Positions 1 to 10,486 of a stretch of 64,000 nucleotides of DNA are shown in pieces; position 1 is the stretch's first letter, and each line of letters begins with the position of its first letter. The notes below the pieces were generated by a model. The model was given only the letters and a program-made list of their open reading frames with translations. It had not been told where the DNA came from and ran no database searches. The stretch spans positions 26,433 through 90,432 of the forward strand of contig JBEKIB010000006.1 in the NCBI GenBank assembly GCA_050011975.1. Reading direction: 5' to 3'. The position numbers and the translations under genes were made by a program. Origin of the DNA: Terriglobales bacterium (GTDB lineage Bacteria > Acidobacteriota > Terriglobia > Terriglobales > Acidobacteriaceae).

Positions 1-448
1 CGAGGAGAGCCTTTCCAACTCCGGTGCAGTTGACGTCAAGGCGGCGCCCGATCCATGACGCCAGCTTGACCAATCCTGGCGCCTCGACTTTTTCAATGAT
101 TACCGCTTCGTCGCGTTCCAGCACCGCCATGTGTACGGTGAACCCACTTTGTTGCATTAAAGAGCGCAAAAAGGGTTTGGCTTCTTCACGCATATCGAGG
201 TTCTCGAGGGCGCTCCTGCTAAGGCTAACTAGCTGCAGACCAAAACAGTACCTGCCGGTCTTGGCATTCTTCTGCAGGAACCCCCTTCGCTCGAGAGTAG
301 ACAGAATCAGGTGGGCCGAGCTTTTTGGAATCCTCAGTTTTCGGCCAATTTCAGAAAGCGAGAACCCGCGTTTTGCCTGGGCGAGACATTCAAGCACCGA
401 AAGTGCCCGCTCGATCGACGGCACGGAATATTCCTTAAGCTTGGCCAC
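1..448 (-). CDS. IclR-family transcriptional regulator (KdgR-like); C-terminal part runs off the window start
   Basis: My own minus-strand translation from GTG at 448 gives VAKLKEYSVPSIERALSVLECLAQAKRGFSLSEIGRKLRIPKSSAHLILSTLERRGFLQK...WIGRRLDVNCTGVGKALL. This is a winged HTH plus the start of an IclR effector domain. It is absent from the ORF track because no stop lies inside the window. Start choice is uncertain (GTG 448 vs TTG 454/472 or GTG 475). Confidence 0.75.
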   Translation of the reverse strand, partial: MAKLKEYSVPSIERALSVLECLAQAKRGFSLSEIGRKLRIPKSSAHLILSTLERRGFLQKNAKTGRYCFGLQLVSLSRSALENLDMREEAKPFLRSLMQQSGFTVHMAVLERDEAVIIEKVEAPGLVKLASWIGRRLDVNCTGVGKALL

Positions 449-458
449 GAACAAACCC

Positions 459-2468
459 CTATCGATCCACAACACTTATTTGAGTAATCTTCACAGAAGG
501 GGCGAGCGCGCTAATGGAACCTATATCAAAGTCTTTATATAAATCCAGACAGAAGAGCTCAGGTGCAGAACGGAGAGGTACCGGCTTATCGAGCAAATAC
601 GCAAAACTCTTCATCGCGTTGTGGTTTTCGATGTTTGAGAAGGTGTCGGGTTCGATCGCGGCGGCAATAAGAGCAATGGTCTGGTTGCGAATTCCGTCGG
701 TCACCACTTGAACATGGCTGGATCTCGTTGAGGAACGTACCCATTCTGTGAATGCCAGCAACTGCGCTACTTCCAATCCCAAAGAACGATCGCCGCTGCC
801 ATCGACCAGGAGTTCCCAATCGCTTGAATCAGGCACTTCCGGCATCGTGGCACCGTTGAAGAGAAGATCTAACGCGAATACCTCATGGCCGCTACTCAGA
901 CGATCGAATACGTCCTGTCCGGCAGCTTTATAGCCTTTGTCATTGAGCACGATTGTAACTGGCTCGACATCGGGCGATGCATCCTGTTTGAACCATATCC
1001 CCGTGGCACTCAACCCGTTCGAGAAGTCAAAACGATAAGACAGAGTCTCGAACGTCATGCCTTTGGAGTTAGTCATCCTTAACGGACGCGACATAGAAAC
1101 AGGTTTGTAGCGAACCACTGATTTCAACTTCTCCCGTTCGGATCGAATCCACGCAGTACGCTCGGCCCCAGCGGCTGGAATTGGCTGGCGGGTAATATTG
1201 GCAGCCAGATTCCTCGCTAAACCAAGTATGGTCAGATTGCCGGCTGGCACACCAACGGCAAGCGTCTCGGCATTGCGAATCTCACCATCACTGAATATCT
1301 CGCCTTCAGCGACCGGCAAATGAAAATACTCTGTGAAAAACCGGTAAGCTTGAATTCTATTGTCCAATTGATAGTTGTGCACACCGGGAACGAAGTTCTC
1401 ATGCCAGGCCAGAGTGCTCGGCGTGCCGAACATCTGGAAAAATGGCTCCACGTTGGCATAGATATAAGGTTCTACCAACGGTGCCCGGAAGCAGCAGCTA
1501 TCTACGGCATTGTGCACGAGCAGCGTTGGGCGTGGCGCGCGCATCGCGATGAATTCAGGATAGTCAAATCCCTGCATGATATCTGGCGCGTCTTCCTCTA
1601 TTTCATAGGTGTCGCTCGGAGCGGTAAGGTTGGATTCGCGCGACCCAAAGCCCGCCACCTCCACCGAAACAGCAACCCGGGGATCCAGAGCACCCAGTAC
1701 CACCGTCTGCCAACCGCCGCCGGAAAGCCCAGTCGCTCCAATCCGGGCCGGATCAACTTCGGGCAGCGTTGCCAGGTAATCGAGCCCACGCCTCATTGCG
1801 AGGTAAAAGAGGCCTAATGCGTTTGATCCGACCAGATCAAGATGTGCCGCATAATCGTGCCCGTTATCCGGCTGGGATAGCTCTCCGAACTGCATCCATT
1901 CGAGATTCAGCGCCACCATGCCGCGTTTGGCAAAGTTGATGCACCGTTTCTGCTCATATTCGACCGCAATTCCGTCTGCCTCATGGCCGACCAGATTTAG
2001 AATCGCGGGTATGCGGCCGGTAATGGTTTCAGGCTCATACATGAGCGCCGTCGAAATGAAGCCGGGGACAATCTCGTAACGCAACTTGCGAATCCGGTAG
2101 CCATGCTCAGTTTCAATGATTCCTGCTTCTTCGAAATGCGGCGCGGACTCAATCCACTCGCGGGGCCAGCCATGGAAGACCACATCCTCAAGAATGTGCT
2201 TGCGGAGCCGCTTCTCCTCAGCCGTCCACAGCTCGGGCGTAGACGGCGCCGGTAGCGGCGGAATCCGAGCCATGAGATATTGTTCCAGCTGGAACTGTGT
2301 GACCGCCGGCGGCTGCACCGGTTTGCTGAGCGTCTCCACAATCGAGGGAAGCATGGTTGTCTGGGCGTGACTGTAGGCATGCGCGACGAACGCAGCACAC
2401 GTACACGCCAGAATCATCGGCCATTCCACTCTCCTCATGCGTCTTCCCTCTCCTGTTGCCAATCTCAC
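459..2468 (-). CDS. Secreted alpha/beta-hydrolase (acetyl-xylan-esterase / dienelactone-hydrolase-like carbohydrate esterase candidate)
   Basis: 669-aa ORF with a signal-like N-terminus (WPMILACTCAAFVAHAYSHA) and the nucleophile elbow GLSGGGW. Candidate Asp and His residues lie downstream. The C-terminal ~270 aa look like a second fold without a GxSxG serine. The likely true start is Met11 (ATG at 2438, GGAGA upstream). The stop lies 10 nt upstream of the IclR start. Confidence 0.6.
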   Translation of the reverse strand: MRLATGEGRRMRRVEWPMILACTCAAFVAHAYSHAQTTMLPSIVETLSKPVQPPAVTQFQLEQYLMARIPPLPAPSTPELWTAEEKRLRKHILEDVVFHGWPREWIESAPHFEEAGIIETEHGYRIRKLRYEIVPGFISTALMYEPETITGRIPAILNLVGHEADGIAVEYEQKRCINFAKRGMVALNLEWMQFGELSQPDNGHDYAAHLDLVGSNALGLFYLAMRRGLDYLATLPEVDPARIGATGLSGGGWQTVVLGALDPRVAVSVEVAGFGSRESNLTAPSDTYEIEEDAPDIMQGFDYPEFIAMRAPRPTLLVHNAVDSCCFRAPLVEPYIYANVEPFFQMFGTPSTLAWHENFVPGVHNYQLDNRIQAYRFFTEYFHLPVAEGEIFSDGEIRNAETLAVGVPAGNLTILGLARNLAANITRQPIPAAGAERTAWIRSEREKLKSVVRYKPVSMSRPLRMTNSKGMTFETLSYRFDFSNGLSATGIWFKQDASPDVEPVTIVLNDKGYKAAGQDVFDRLSSGHEVFALDLLFNGATMPEVPDSSDWELLVDGSGDRSLGLEVAQLLAFTEWVRSSTRSSHVQVVTDGIRNQTIALIAAAIEPDTFSNIENHNAMKSFAYLLDKPVPLRSAPELFCLDLYKDFDIGSISALAPSVKITQISVVDR

Positions 2469-2543
2469 CCGCGATCCAGGACACCCGCGAGGGCCCCTGT
2501 CGTCTGAATATCGAACCGGGGTTCGTCAGTTGCGGCGCTGCTA

Positions 2544-4208
2544 TTAAAGCTGCTGCTGCACGACCTTATCCAGGTAAACATCCCGGACGTTTCGCGAAGC
2601 GGCAACGCGAAAATCTTGAACGTCATGGAGCGCGAATACCGGGGCGCTAAGCGCTTTGGGCGTTTTGACATGAAAAAAATCAGCCCCCTCCACACCGTCC
2701 ATCCAGAAGACCGGCCGGGCATCCGGCTGACGGAAGGCAATCTCAACATTGGTGAACTCGATGTTGTTGACGTGGCGCAGAAAGAATCCACTTGCGGGAA
2801 TATCGCCGAACATGTCGGGATCGGGATAGTCCTTATCCTCCGCCGCTTCAGGCGGGTTAAGTGCCGCCATTTCTTTGGTTCCCGAGCCACCATGCTCAAA
2901 ATAGACGTCATGGATATTGATGTCTTCGATAGGATGACGGGGAATGCCGGCGATAATTCCTCCTCCGCCCAGCCGGGACACAGAATTACTGCATACGATG
3001 TCGCTCATGATGATGCGTTTCATCGTGCCCACCTTCGCGCCTTTCGGTCCTCTCATGCGACCGCCCAAACGAAGAAACAAAGGGGTGTTGGTGCAATCAC
3101 GCATCGTGATCCCGGTAAGCGTAATGTCTTCCACAACTGCGCCATCGGAGCTTTCAAGAGCAAAGCCCTTGCTGCCGTCGAACACGCAATTGGAGATGGC
3201 AATGTTCTTGAACCCGCCGTTGGACTCGGTTCCGAGCTTGATGCTTCCGTTAAACTCCTCCGGGAAATAGGGCAATACCTTGGCCTGTTCAGCTTTATCC
3301 AACGACCAGCGCTTCCAGGTCCCATCCAACATGGTACCCACTTCATAAGCGCCGGTAACATAGCAGTTACTAATCGTGATGTTTTCTGTGGTGCGGACAT
3401 AGCCAAGAGCAAACGAACTCTTGGGGCAAATTGCATCGTCGAATGGGGAATTGACGCTGCAGTTCGAAATGCGCACATTTCGGCAACAGTCAATATCTAT
3501 GCCGTCGCGATTGGTGTCGATCAATAAGTTGTCGATGGTAAAGTTGTCGACGCCCGTTGCCAGGATCGCGAAGTGTCCACCCTCCAGAACGGAGAAATCG
3601 CGCAGGATCACATTGCGGCAGTTCTTGAGGCCGATCGCTTTGTTACCCATCCCCGGGGTTTCGGCCAGGGGTAACTCACTAGCACCACGGCTGAGTCCCT
3701 TACCCCAAATCAGCCCGGTGCCGAGAATCGCGAAGTCGTGAATGTCTTCACCCCAGATGAGGCTATTGTGCCAATGATTGTGACCGTAGTCCTGATAGTC
3801 CTCCCAAGGCCGGTTTGATTCCGCAGCGTCGTAGGCGCCGCTTTTTGCCCCTTCCACAGGAACACCTGCAGCGAGGATCGTTGCTCCGGGTTCAAGATAG
3901 AGCACGACCTTGCTCTTAAGGTGAATCGAGTAGCATGCATAGACGCCCGGTGGGAACCGCACCGTACCACCGCCTCGCGCATCGGCGGCAGCGATTGCTT
4001 GGTTGATGGCTGGGGTATCGATCGTTATGCCATCACCCCGCGCGCCGTACGCCTTTACATCGAAAGCGGTATTGGGATCATAGCTCGGCGGAGACGTAAT
4101 TTCCGCAAGGGCGCGGGGCGTAGCAACCGTTGCAGTTGCGACGAACCCCGCGCTTGCCAACTTCAGAAAGTCTCTGCGAAGCGAACTCATTTCCGTCCTT
4201 ACTATCAA
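2544..4208 (-). CDS. Glycoside hydrolase family 28 (polygalacturonase-like), Tat-exported
   Basis: 554 aa with a twin-arginine signal (SLRRDFLKLASAGFVATATVATPRALA). The N-terminal motif is FDVKAYGARGDGITIDTPAINQAI. GH28-type beta-helix motifs are TNRDGIDID, FDDAICPKS and IKLGTES. Confidence 0.75.
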   Translation of the reverse strand: MIVRTEMSSLRRDFLKLASAGFVATATVATPRALAEITSPPSYDPNTAFDVKAYGARGDGITIDTPAINQAIAAADARGGGTVRFPPGVYACYSIHLKSKVVLYLEPGATILAAGVPVEGAKSGAYDAAESNRPWEDYQDYGHNHWHNSLIWGEDIHDFAILGTGLIWGKGLSRGASELPLAETPGMGNKAIGLKNCRNVILRDFSVLEGGHFAILATGVDNFTIDNLLIDTNRDGIDIDCCRNVRISNCSVNSPFDDAICPKSSFALGYVRTTENITISNCYVTGAYEVGTMLDGTWKRWSLDKAEQAKVLPYFPEEFNGSIKLGTESNGGFKNIAISNCVFDGSKGFALESSDGAVVEDITLTGITMRDCTNTPLFLRLGGRMRGPKGAKVGTMKRIIMSDIVCSNSVSRLGGGGIIAGIPRHPIEDINIHDVYFEHGGSGTKEMAALNPPEAAEDKDYPDPDMFGDIPASGFFLRHVNNIEFTNVEIAFRQPDARPVFWMDGVEGADFFHVKTPKALSAPVFALHDVQDFRVAASRNVRDVYLDKVVQQQL

Positions 4209-4309
4209 CTTGGAAGTTACTTTCAGATCAGGCTGGAAAGCGACAAGCTTCCCTGGTTAAGCAATCCGTCACGGCTAGCTGGCCTCCACTTAGAATGTGG
4301 AGTTAGTTT

Positions 4310-4334
4310 GCAGGTGAACGCGTTGTTCACCTGC
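4310..4334 (-). terminator. Hairpin downstream of the TonB-dependent receptor gene (possible terminator)
   Basis: Perfect 10-bp stem GCAGGTGAAC / GTTCACCTGC with a 5-nt loop. A second hairpin CTCCAC-7nt-GTGGAG lies at 4284-4302. No clear U-tract follows, so terminator function is uncertain. Confidence 0.35.
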
Positions 4335-4389
4335 CCGATACGGTAACCCAACAGAATGTCCTGGGCGCCTACAGCTCACAACGCTGTCC

Positions 4390-7300
4390 TCAAAAGCTGG
4401 CCTTCAATCCAAACTGGATGATTCTGGGTTGGGCCGTTCCGTAGGAGGTGGGGCCGCCGTACGCGCCTCCTCCGGCGGTGCCGCCGATACGGGCAAACCC
4501 GTTACTGGTACCGGCACCCAGCTGGTTGCCAGGCAACCCAAGATTGACATTGTTAAAGGCATTGAAAAACTCGGCGCGGAACATGACTGAGACTCGCTCG
4601 CCCACCTTGAATTTCTTAATTGCGGCCAAGTCAGTATTGAAGAACCGGGGGCCGCGCAAAAAGTTCTTTCCCGAATCGCCGAAAGTTCCAATCGCGTTCG
4701 GAACAAAAGCAGCCGGGTTGAACCACTCTGCGATACTGGCAGTATGCGAGCGGCCCGGGAGGACCGGGTTCACTCCCGGCACGAGGTCAGCCCGGTCGTT
4801 TCCTATGCCACTCTCCGAATTGTCATAACCACTGTAGATAGTGAATGGACTTCCAGTTTGCCAATCGACAATCGCCGTGAGCTCCCAGCCGTTCAAGATC
4901 GGACTGGCAACATGGACATGCGGAGTCTCGTAATTCCCGTTGATTTTGAAAACCTTGTTGAGGTCATCCGCCGACGGTCCGTAATCGAAATGACGGCCGC
5001 AGGTACAGGTATTTGTGTACAGGTAGTAAAGGGAACCTTGTGGTTGCGGAGCGAAATCATCCAACGCCTTCGCCCAGGCGAAGTTAGATAGGAAGGAAAA
5101 GCCGTGCCCGAGGCGCTTTTCAATGGTCAGTTGCAGTGCGTTGTAATTGCTGTTCACTCCGGAATTAATCTCAGCGACCGATCCGTAATTTTGATTCACG
5201 CGCACACCGTTAGTCCCGGGGATCGTTGGATTCAACTGCAGCAGGCCGCTCTCCTGGTCACCCGTGCCATAGAGCCGGTGCCCGCTATTGCCCACATAGG
5301 CGACACGCAGCAGCCAGTTCGCTTTGAAAGAGTGCTCGACCGTCAGGTTCCAGGCTAGAACCATCGGCAAGCGAAGATGTGGATCCTGTATTTGTGTAAA
5401 CGAAGGTTGGGAAGGAAAAGTTGCGTCTGGGCCCGGGTTATTCGGCCCAAAGCCAGCGGGGAAAGGGTTGGACACTCCTGCGCTTCCGTAGGGATCGGAG
5501 AGGCTCACGCCATAGAGGTTAATCACCGGCGCGAAGGGTGGGACGCCGACCATCTGTTGATAGATGAGGGAATTTGGCGGCTCGTAATAATAACCCGCGC
5601 CCCCCCGTATGCTGGTCGTCCCATCCTGTGTGACCCGATAGGCAAACCCAAATCGGGGTCCGAAATTCTTGTAGTCAGCAAAAATACCAGCTTCCGGGCA
5701 TCCGGGATCATGGTTCGTCCCGCCATAGAGCAAGCCGGGAGGGGCATTCGGATACCGCACGGACTGAGGGGCCCCGGGATCAAAACAAGCGACCCTTCCC
5801 AAGCTGTCCTTGGAAGGAATCCACGGATCCCAGCGGAGCCCGGCGCTTAGGGTGAGTCGCGGGGTGGCCTTCCAGTCGTCCTGCACGAAAGCGCTCCAGT
5901 TGATCCCGGTAAAATTGAGAAATAGACCCCCGCCCTGGATCGTTTCGGAGACAAAGCCAACCTCAAAATCCGCCAAGGCATTGTTGGTCAAATTGCCGAA
6001 ATAGAATGTACCACCCTCCTGAAAGAGATTTCCCATGGGTTGGGTAAGGCGCACCGCCTCACCGCCAAATTGAATTACGTGTTTGCCTTTGATCAGCGTG
6101 GCAATCTCACGCAAGGATTGATCGCCGCGGTTCCAGACTCCGTAATTGCCACTGGAGAAAGAAGGGCCGCCGGTGCCCACATTCAGAGATGCTGTGTTCC
6201 CGCCTCCTTTGTTCGGCGGTACCGCAAAGTTTGTTACTCCAGCGTCGACCATGGAGAATGGAGCTGACGAGTACGTCGTGCCGTCGATCTTGGTGTATCC
6301 GTAGTAGCTGCCCAGCATGAAGTGCGGTGTGATCGTATAGAGATCGACGACGCTCACGTTGTGGTCAACCAGGGTTTCCGCGGCACTCGACATTTCCAGG
6401 ATGTTCGTGCTGGGGGGGAGGGCGATCGGCTGCGTGTAACTTTGTTGGAAATAGTGACCGCTAAGATGGTGCTTACCAAAATTGTAATCGATCTTGATCA
6501 GGTACTCATTCGTGTTTTGAACCGTCGGCAAGCTGTTGAAATTCAACGTGTCGGGAAATCCCTGACTTATTTGGAGCGGAGTCGGATTCGGAAGCGGGAT
6601 CCCGTTGAGCATGTAGGTCGCGACCGGGTCGACAGCAATCTGATTGTTATAGTAGGCCGCCCCCGGAGCCGTTCCTGAGTTCTCCACGGGGAACGGGTTG
6701 TATAGCTGAGTGGTTCCCGTGCCGCCTGTGCATATCCCGCTGATGAACGTGCCGCCAAAATTTGTGCAGAGTTCGCCAAAGTTTCCGGTGCGTTCGGCGG
6801 CGTCCGGCACATTTTGGCTCGTCGGATTGGTCTCGTTAAACCTGGTTCCCTGATAGCTTCCGAAAAAAAACAACCGGTTCTTGAGGATGGGGCCGCCGAT
6901 GTCGCCCCCAAATTGATTCTGCTTCAGCGGACTTACCCCGCTGGTTGAAAAGTAGTTCGCCGCATCAAGTGCAGAGTTTCTGATAAATTCAAAGACATCG
7001 CCGTGGATTGAATTGGTCCCCGACTTTAACGTCACATTCACCACTCCGCCGAGCGCATCCCCATAGAGAGCGCTCATGTTGTCGGTCACAAGATTGAAGT
7101 CCTGGATGGCATCGGGATTCGGAAAAGGCAGATTGGTGTTGATGTAGGTGTCGTTAAAATCAGCTCCGTCCAACTGATAACTCACACCATTTGCCCCGGC
7201 GCCATTTACCTTGGCATATTGCTCGCTGGGGAAGACTCCACCTTCGCAGTTCGCGGCGCAATAGTTGGCCGTGACGTTATCCGCTCCGGGAACAAGGAAC

Positions 7301-7803
7301 ACCAACGCCTGCGCGTAGCGGCCATTCAGAGGTAACTCAACAACCTCTTTCTGCGTGATGAGTTGACCAACAGTCGCAGAATCAGTCGTCACCATGGACG
7401 CATCCGCATTGACCGTAACCTGTTGTGATACCGTGCCCAGTTTCATTTGAACTGGCAGGCTTACGGACTTGTCAACCTGCAATGCTATTCCCTTCTGGAT
7501 ATAGGTGACGAAGCCCGTCATCGTGACGGTAAGCTGGTAGTTGCCCACCGGCAGAACCGGGAATAAATACTCGCCTGAACTGTCCGTTGTTGTGTTCCGT
7601 TGGTAGGTCGTCAGCTCATTCTGTACCGTTACCGTGGCGCCTGCCAGCGCCAGGCCAGAAGGATCGAAGACCGCGCCACTAAGTCGGGCCGTCGTAAACT
7701 GTGCCAGCATCGGCATGGTGAGTCCACAAACCAGTAAGATTCCGAAGAATAAGAACGTCGCCCGACGCACCAATTTGTTGTAGCACATGTTTTTCATTCG
7801 CAA
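4390..7803 (-). CDS. TonB-dependent outer-membrane receptor with N-terminal carboxypeptidase-regulatory-like domain
   Basis: 1137 aa with a signal peptide ending MLAQ. The CarboxypepD_reg segment is GATVTVQNELTTYQRNTTTDSSGEYLFPVLPVGNYQLTVTMTGF. A long beta-barrel-like region ends in an aromatic residue (QFGLKASF). Confidence 0.85.
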   Translation of the reverse strand: MRMKNMCYNKLVRRATFLFFGILLVCGLTMPMLAQFTTARLSGAVFDPSGLALAGATVTVQNELTTYQRNTTTDSSGEYLFPVLPVGNYQLTVTMTGFVTYIQKGIALQVDKSVSLPVQMKLGTVSQQVTVNADASMVTTDSATVGQLITQKEVVELPLNGRYAQALVFLVPGADNVTANYCAANCEGGVFPSEQYAKVNGAGANGVSYQLDGADFNDTYINTNLPFPNPDAIQDFNLVTDNMSALYGDALGGVVNVTLKSGTNSIHGDVFEFIRNSALDAANYFSTSGVSPLKQNQFGGDIGGPILKNRLFFFGSYQGTRFNETNPTSQNVPDAAERTGNFGELCTNFGGTFISGICTGGTGTTQLYNPFPVENSGTAPGAAYYNNQIAVDPVATYMLNGIPLPNPTPLQISQGFPDTLNFNSLPTVQNTNEYLIKIDYNFGKHHLSGHYFQQSYTQPIALPPSTNILEMSSAAETLVDHNVSVVDLYTITPHFMLGSYYGYTKIDGTTYSSAPFSMVDAGVTNFAVPPNKGGGNTASLNVGTGGPSFSSGNYGVWNRGDQSLREIATLIKGKHVIQFGGEAVRLTQPMGNLFQEGGTFYFGNLTNNALADFEVGFVSETIQGGGLFLNFTGINWSAFVQDDWKATPRLTLSAGLRWDPWIPSKDSLGRVACFDPGAPQSVRYPNAPPGLLYGGTNHDPGCPEAGIFADYKNFGPRFGFAYRVTQDGTTSIRGGAGYYYEPPNSLIYQQMVGVPPFAPVINLYGVSLSDPYGSAGVSNPFPAGFGPNNPGPDATFPSQPSFTQIQDPHLRLPMVLAWNLTVEHSFKANWLLRVAYVGNSGHRLYGTGDQESGLLQLNPTIPGTNGVRVNQNYGSVAEINSGVNSNYNALQLTIEKRLGHGFSFLSNFAWAKALDDFAPQPQGSLYYLYTNTCTCGRHFDYGPSADDLNKVFKINGNYETPHVHVASPILNGWELTAIVDWQTGSPFTIYSGYDNSESGIGNDRADLVPGVNPVLPGRSHTASIAEWFNPAAFVPNAIGTFGDSGKNFLRGPRFFNTDLAAIKKFKVGERVSVMFRAEFFNAFNNVNLGLPGNQLGAGTSNGFARIGGTAGGGAYGGPTSYGTAQPRIIQFGLKASF

Positions 7804-8302
7804 GATCTCCCGGAAAAACTGAATCTCGCAATACGCGACTTTCTGCTCTTCCCGCGTTGAATGATAGCGCTCACCACACAGGTTGCCAACCGAAAACGAT
7901 GTGGATTGCGAGCAGAGTTCAACATATTGGACACAATCGTCGGGCCTTTACCTGTGCCTTTATCCGAGGCAATCTTTTGGCGGACTCAATGACGCCTCAA
8001 CAACAAGCACAAACTGCTGCTGGTCGAATCCTGAGCACGCAGACTCTGTCTTTCAACCTGTGCGACCTCGATCGTGAATAACCACGTGACTGGCAAGTAC
8101 CACTTTGGCCTCAACCTTGTCTGTCTGGACGCCGCCCTTGCGACGACGAACATAACTCATTCACTCATCTCATTGACGAGGGAGCCATCTTCATCCTAAG
8201 ATTTGCCGGCACAGGGTTCAGCCAAATACCCGATGGCATCATAATGAGAGTCAAGGGGCAGTTATGTGGATTCGACTCTGCTCTTGGGATTTGTGGTTCT
8301 GA

Positions 8303-9394
8303 GTGATGGCGATGAACTTCGGTCTTAACATTCGTGATTCCGCAGAGATGGACATTGTGTGCCTTGGCGCGTTGGTTCACCGACTCGATCCTGGGATCAT
8401 TCCCTTCCGCAAGGCGAATCGATGCCAGATTCACGTCAGCGGAGGGGAATTCAATGTGGCCGCCAATCTCTCCGATTGTTTCGGCCTTCGAACCGGGATA
8501 ATTACGGCGATGGTCAAGTACCCTGTCGGCGATCTGGTCGCAGAAAGGGTCCGGGCCATGGGGGTGAAACCGTTCTACCGAACGTTCGAGCACAATGGCG
8601 TCAACGGCCCCAATATCGCTACCGTCTACAGCGACCGTGGATACGGAGTGCGGGCGCCAGTAGTGTTCTACAATCGCGCGAATGAAGCGGCTGCTCAATT
8701 GAAGCCGGGCGATTTCGATTGGAAGGCAATTTTCGGGCGCGGCCTGCGATGGTTTCACAGTGGTGGGATTTTCGCGGCTCTTTCGGAGACAACGGCTGAG
8801 TTGATCATCGAGGCCACGCAAGCCGCGAAGGACTCCGGGGCCGTCGTTTCCTTTGACCTGAACTTCCGGGAAAAGCTGTGGAATTTGTCCGGGGGGCAAG
8901 AGCATGCGCGCCGGGTGATTGGACGCATCTTAGAAAACGTCGACGTCCTCGTAGGAAATGAAGAGGATCTGCAAAAGGGGCTTGGCATTGCCGGACCAGC
9001 GGTGGCCGCGAAGTCCAAGCTCGATCCCAGCGCGTTCCTGGAAATGATCGATCGCGTGCTGGAACGATATCCTCATATTAAGATCATTGCCACGACCTTG
9101 CGCGACGTCCACTCGACTAATCGCCACGGCTGGGCTGCAGTGGCCTGGATCAATGGCCGCACTTATTCTTCTCCCCAGTGCGAACTCGATGTGCACGACC
9201 GTGTCGGTGGAGGGGATGGATTTGCCTCGGGGTTCTTCTATGGTGTTTTGACTGACGAATCACCAGAACAAGCGATGAAGTTGGGCTGGGCCCATGGCGC
9301 GCTGCTTACCACGTTTCCTGGCGATACAACGATGGCAACGCTCGAGCAAGTTCGCGTGTTTGCACAGGGCGGGACGGCACGAATTCAGCGTTGA
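8303..9394 (+). CDS. kdgK: PfkB-family sugar kinase, probable 2-dehydro-3-deoxygluconokinase
   Basis: 363 aa with a ribokinase-fold N-terminus (DIVCLGALV) and the PfkB signature DRVGGGDGFASGFFYG near the C-terminus. It sits in a pectin/hexuronate context. The start may be the internal ATG at 8348 (MDIVCLG). Confidence 0.6.
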   Translation: MMAMNFGLNIRDSAEMDIVCLGALVHRLDPGIIPFRKANRCQIHVSGGEFNVAANLSDCFGLRTGIITAMVKYPVGDLVAERVRAMGVKPFYRTFEHNGVNGPNIATVYSDRGYGVRAPVVFYNRANEAAAQLKPGDFDWKAIFGRGLRWFHSGGIFAALSETTAELIIEATQAAKDSGAVVSFDLNFREKLWNLSGGQEHARRVIGRILENVDVLVGNEEDLQKGLGIAGPAVAAKSKLDPSAFLEMIDRVLERYPHIKIIATTLRDVHSTNRHGWAAVAWINGRTYSSPQCELDVHDRVGGGDGFASGFFYGVLTDESPEQAMKLGWAHGALLTTFPGDTTMATLEQVRVFAQGGTARIQR

Positions 9395-9416
9395 TCGGTT
9401 CGAGTCTGATCGCTTC

Positions 9417-10355
9417 TCACTGCGTCTCCGCTGCTGCATATTTCCGTGAGGCCTGTCTATTTTCCCACGCGGTGATAAGCAGCGTGCTACCCAAAATCAA
9501 GGCTCCCCCGATGATCGCTAATGGGGTTAGCTTTTCTTTTAGCCAAATTGCAGCAATTGGAATCCCAAAAAACGTGATCAAGTAATTCGAAAGTGCTGCC
9601 TGGATTGCATCGAGTTGTTTGAGAGCCTTAAGAAAAAGAACCATCGAGAGAAAATTATGGAAGAAGGTAAGCAAGCCCAATCCGACCCAGGTTTGAAGAG
9701 AGAAATGCGGAATGTTAGCGAACACTCCAGGTTCCCGGGCCAGAGCCAATGGAGTCATAATGAAAAACATCGCCAGGTAGGTGAAAAATAACATTTCCGT
9801 CGCCGAGTAGCGTTCTAATATCTTTTTCCCATAAGAGTTGTAGAACGCGCTCCCCAGAGTGCCCAGGAAGATCAGAAGATTCCCGTACAGATAGCCCTTG
9901 CCAAAATTCAGAGTTCGAAAATCGATATCGGAGCACATAACGACACCGATTATTGCCAGGCCAAAACTGATCCACCGGATGGTATTCATCTTTTCATGCA
10001 AAAAAATGAATGCCAGGAATGCGGTGGACACCGGCAGTGTCAACATGAGCAAAGCGGCGTTACTCGCTAACGACATGCGCGTGCCCCAGGTTATGAATAC
10101 TTGTCCGGGAAACACTCCAACCACAGCCAGCAAAAGGAAAATCAGAATATCGCTTTTTCGCCAGTCCCTGCGCCCCGCGCTTTTTGCTTCGAACCTGACC
10201 AGAGGGTAAAGCATCAAAGTGGCCAGAGTCATGGGAGCCCACACCGTGAATAGTGCGCCTACCTGATCCTGAACCAACTTAATACAGGTGAACTGCAGCG
10301 CCCACATCAAGTTGCAACTGAAAAGAAGAAGCCACGATCGCATAGCACGCCTCAC
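9417..10355 (-). CDS. EamA/DMT-superfamily transporter
   Basis: 312 aa, about 10 hydrophobic helices arranged as two EamA-like halves. Substrate unknown. Confidence 0.7.
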   Translation of the reverse strand: MRRAMRSWLLLFSCNLMWALQFTCIKLVQDQVGALFTVWAPMTLATLMLYPLVRFEAKSAGRRDWRKSDILIFLLLAVVGVFPGQVFITWGTRMSLASNAALLMLTLPVSTAFLAFIFLHEKMNTIRWISFGLAIIGVVMCSDIDFRTLNFGKGYLYGNLLIFLGTLGSAFYNSYGKKILERYSATEMLFFTYLAMFFIMTPLALAREPGVFANIPHFSLQTWVGLGLLTFFHNFLSMVLFLKALKQLDAIQAALSNYLITFFGIPIAAIWLKEKLTPLAIIGGALILGSTLLITAWENRQASRKYAAAETQ

Positions 10356-10486
10356 TTTAACCTTGAACTTACACTTGTACCGACTTATTCGACTGTGACC
10401 CCTATCTCATCTTACGCAAAAGCCCCGGTAAAGAATAAATTCCGATGCTCACGTTTGTGCTTTGTTTTCAGTGCCTCTTCCACAGA

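Noticed and set aside
24-542. 172-aa plus-strand ORF at the window start
   Set aside because: The sequence is low complexity and not protein-like (Ser/Arg-rich). The opposite strand encodes a clean IclR-family regulator over the same bases.
7804-8302. Cobalamin or other riboswitch in the long leaders of the two TonB-dependent receptor genes (also 18705-18990)
   Set aside because: I saw no B12-box-like or other conserved riboswitch core by eye. At 18855-18881 I found only a weak TTGACA...TACAAA promoter-like pattern with a poor 15-nt spacer.
8165-8905. 246-aa minus-strand ORF overlapping kdgK
   Set aside because: It is a shadow ORF antisense to a well-supported PfkB kinase gene. It has no recognisable motifs.
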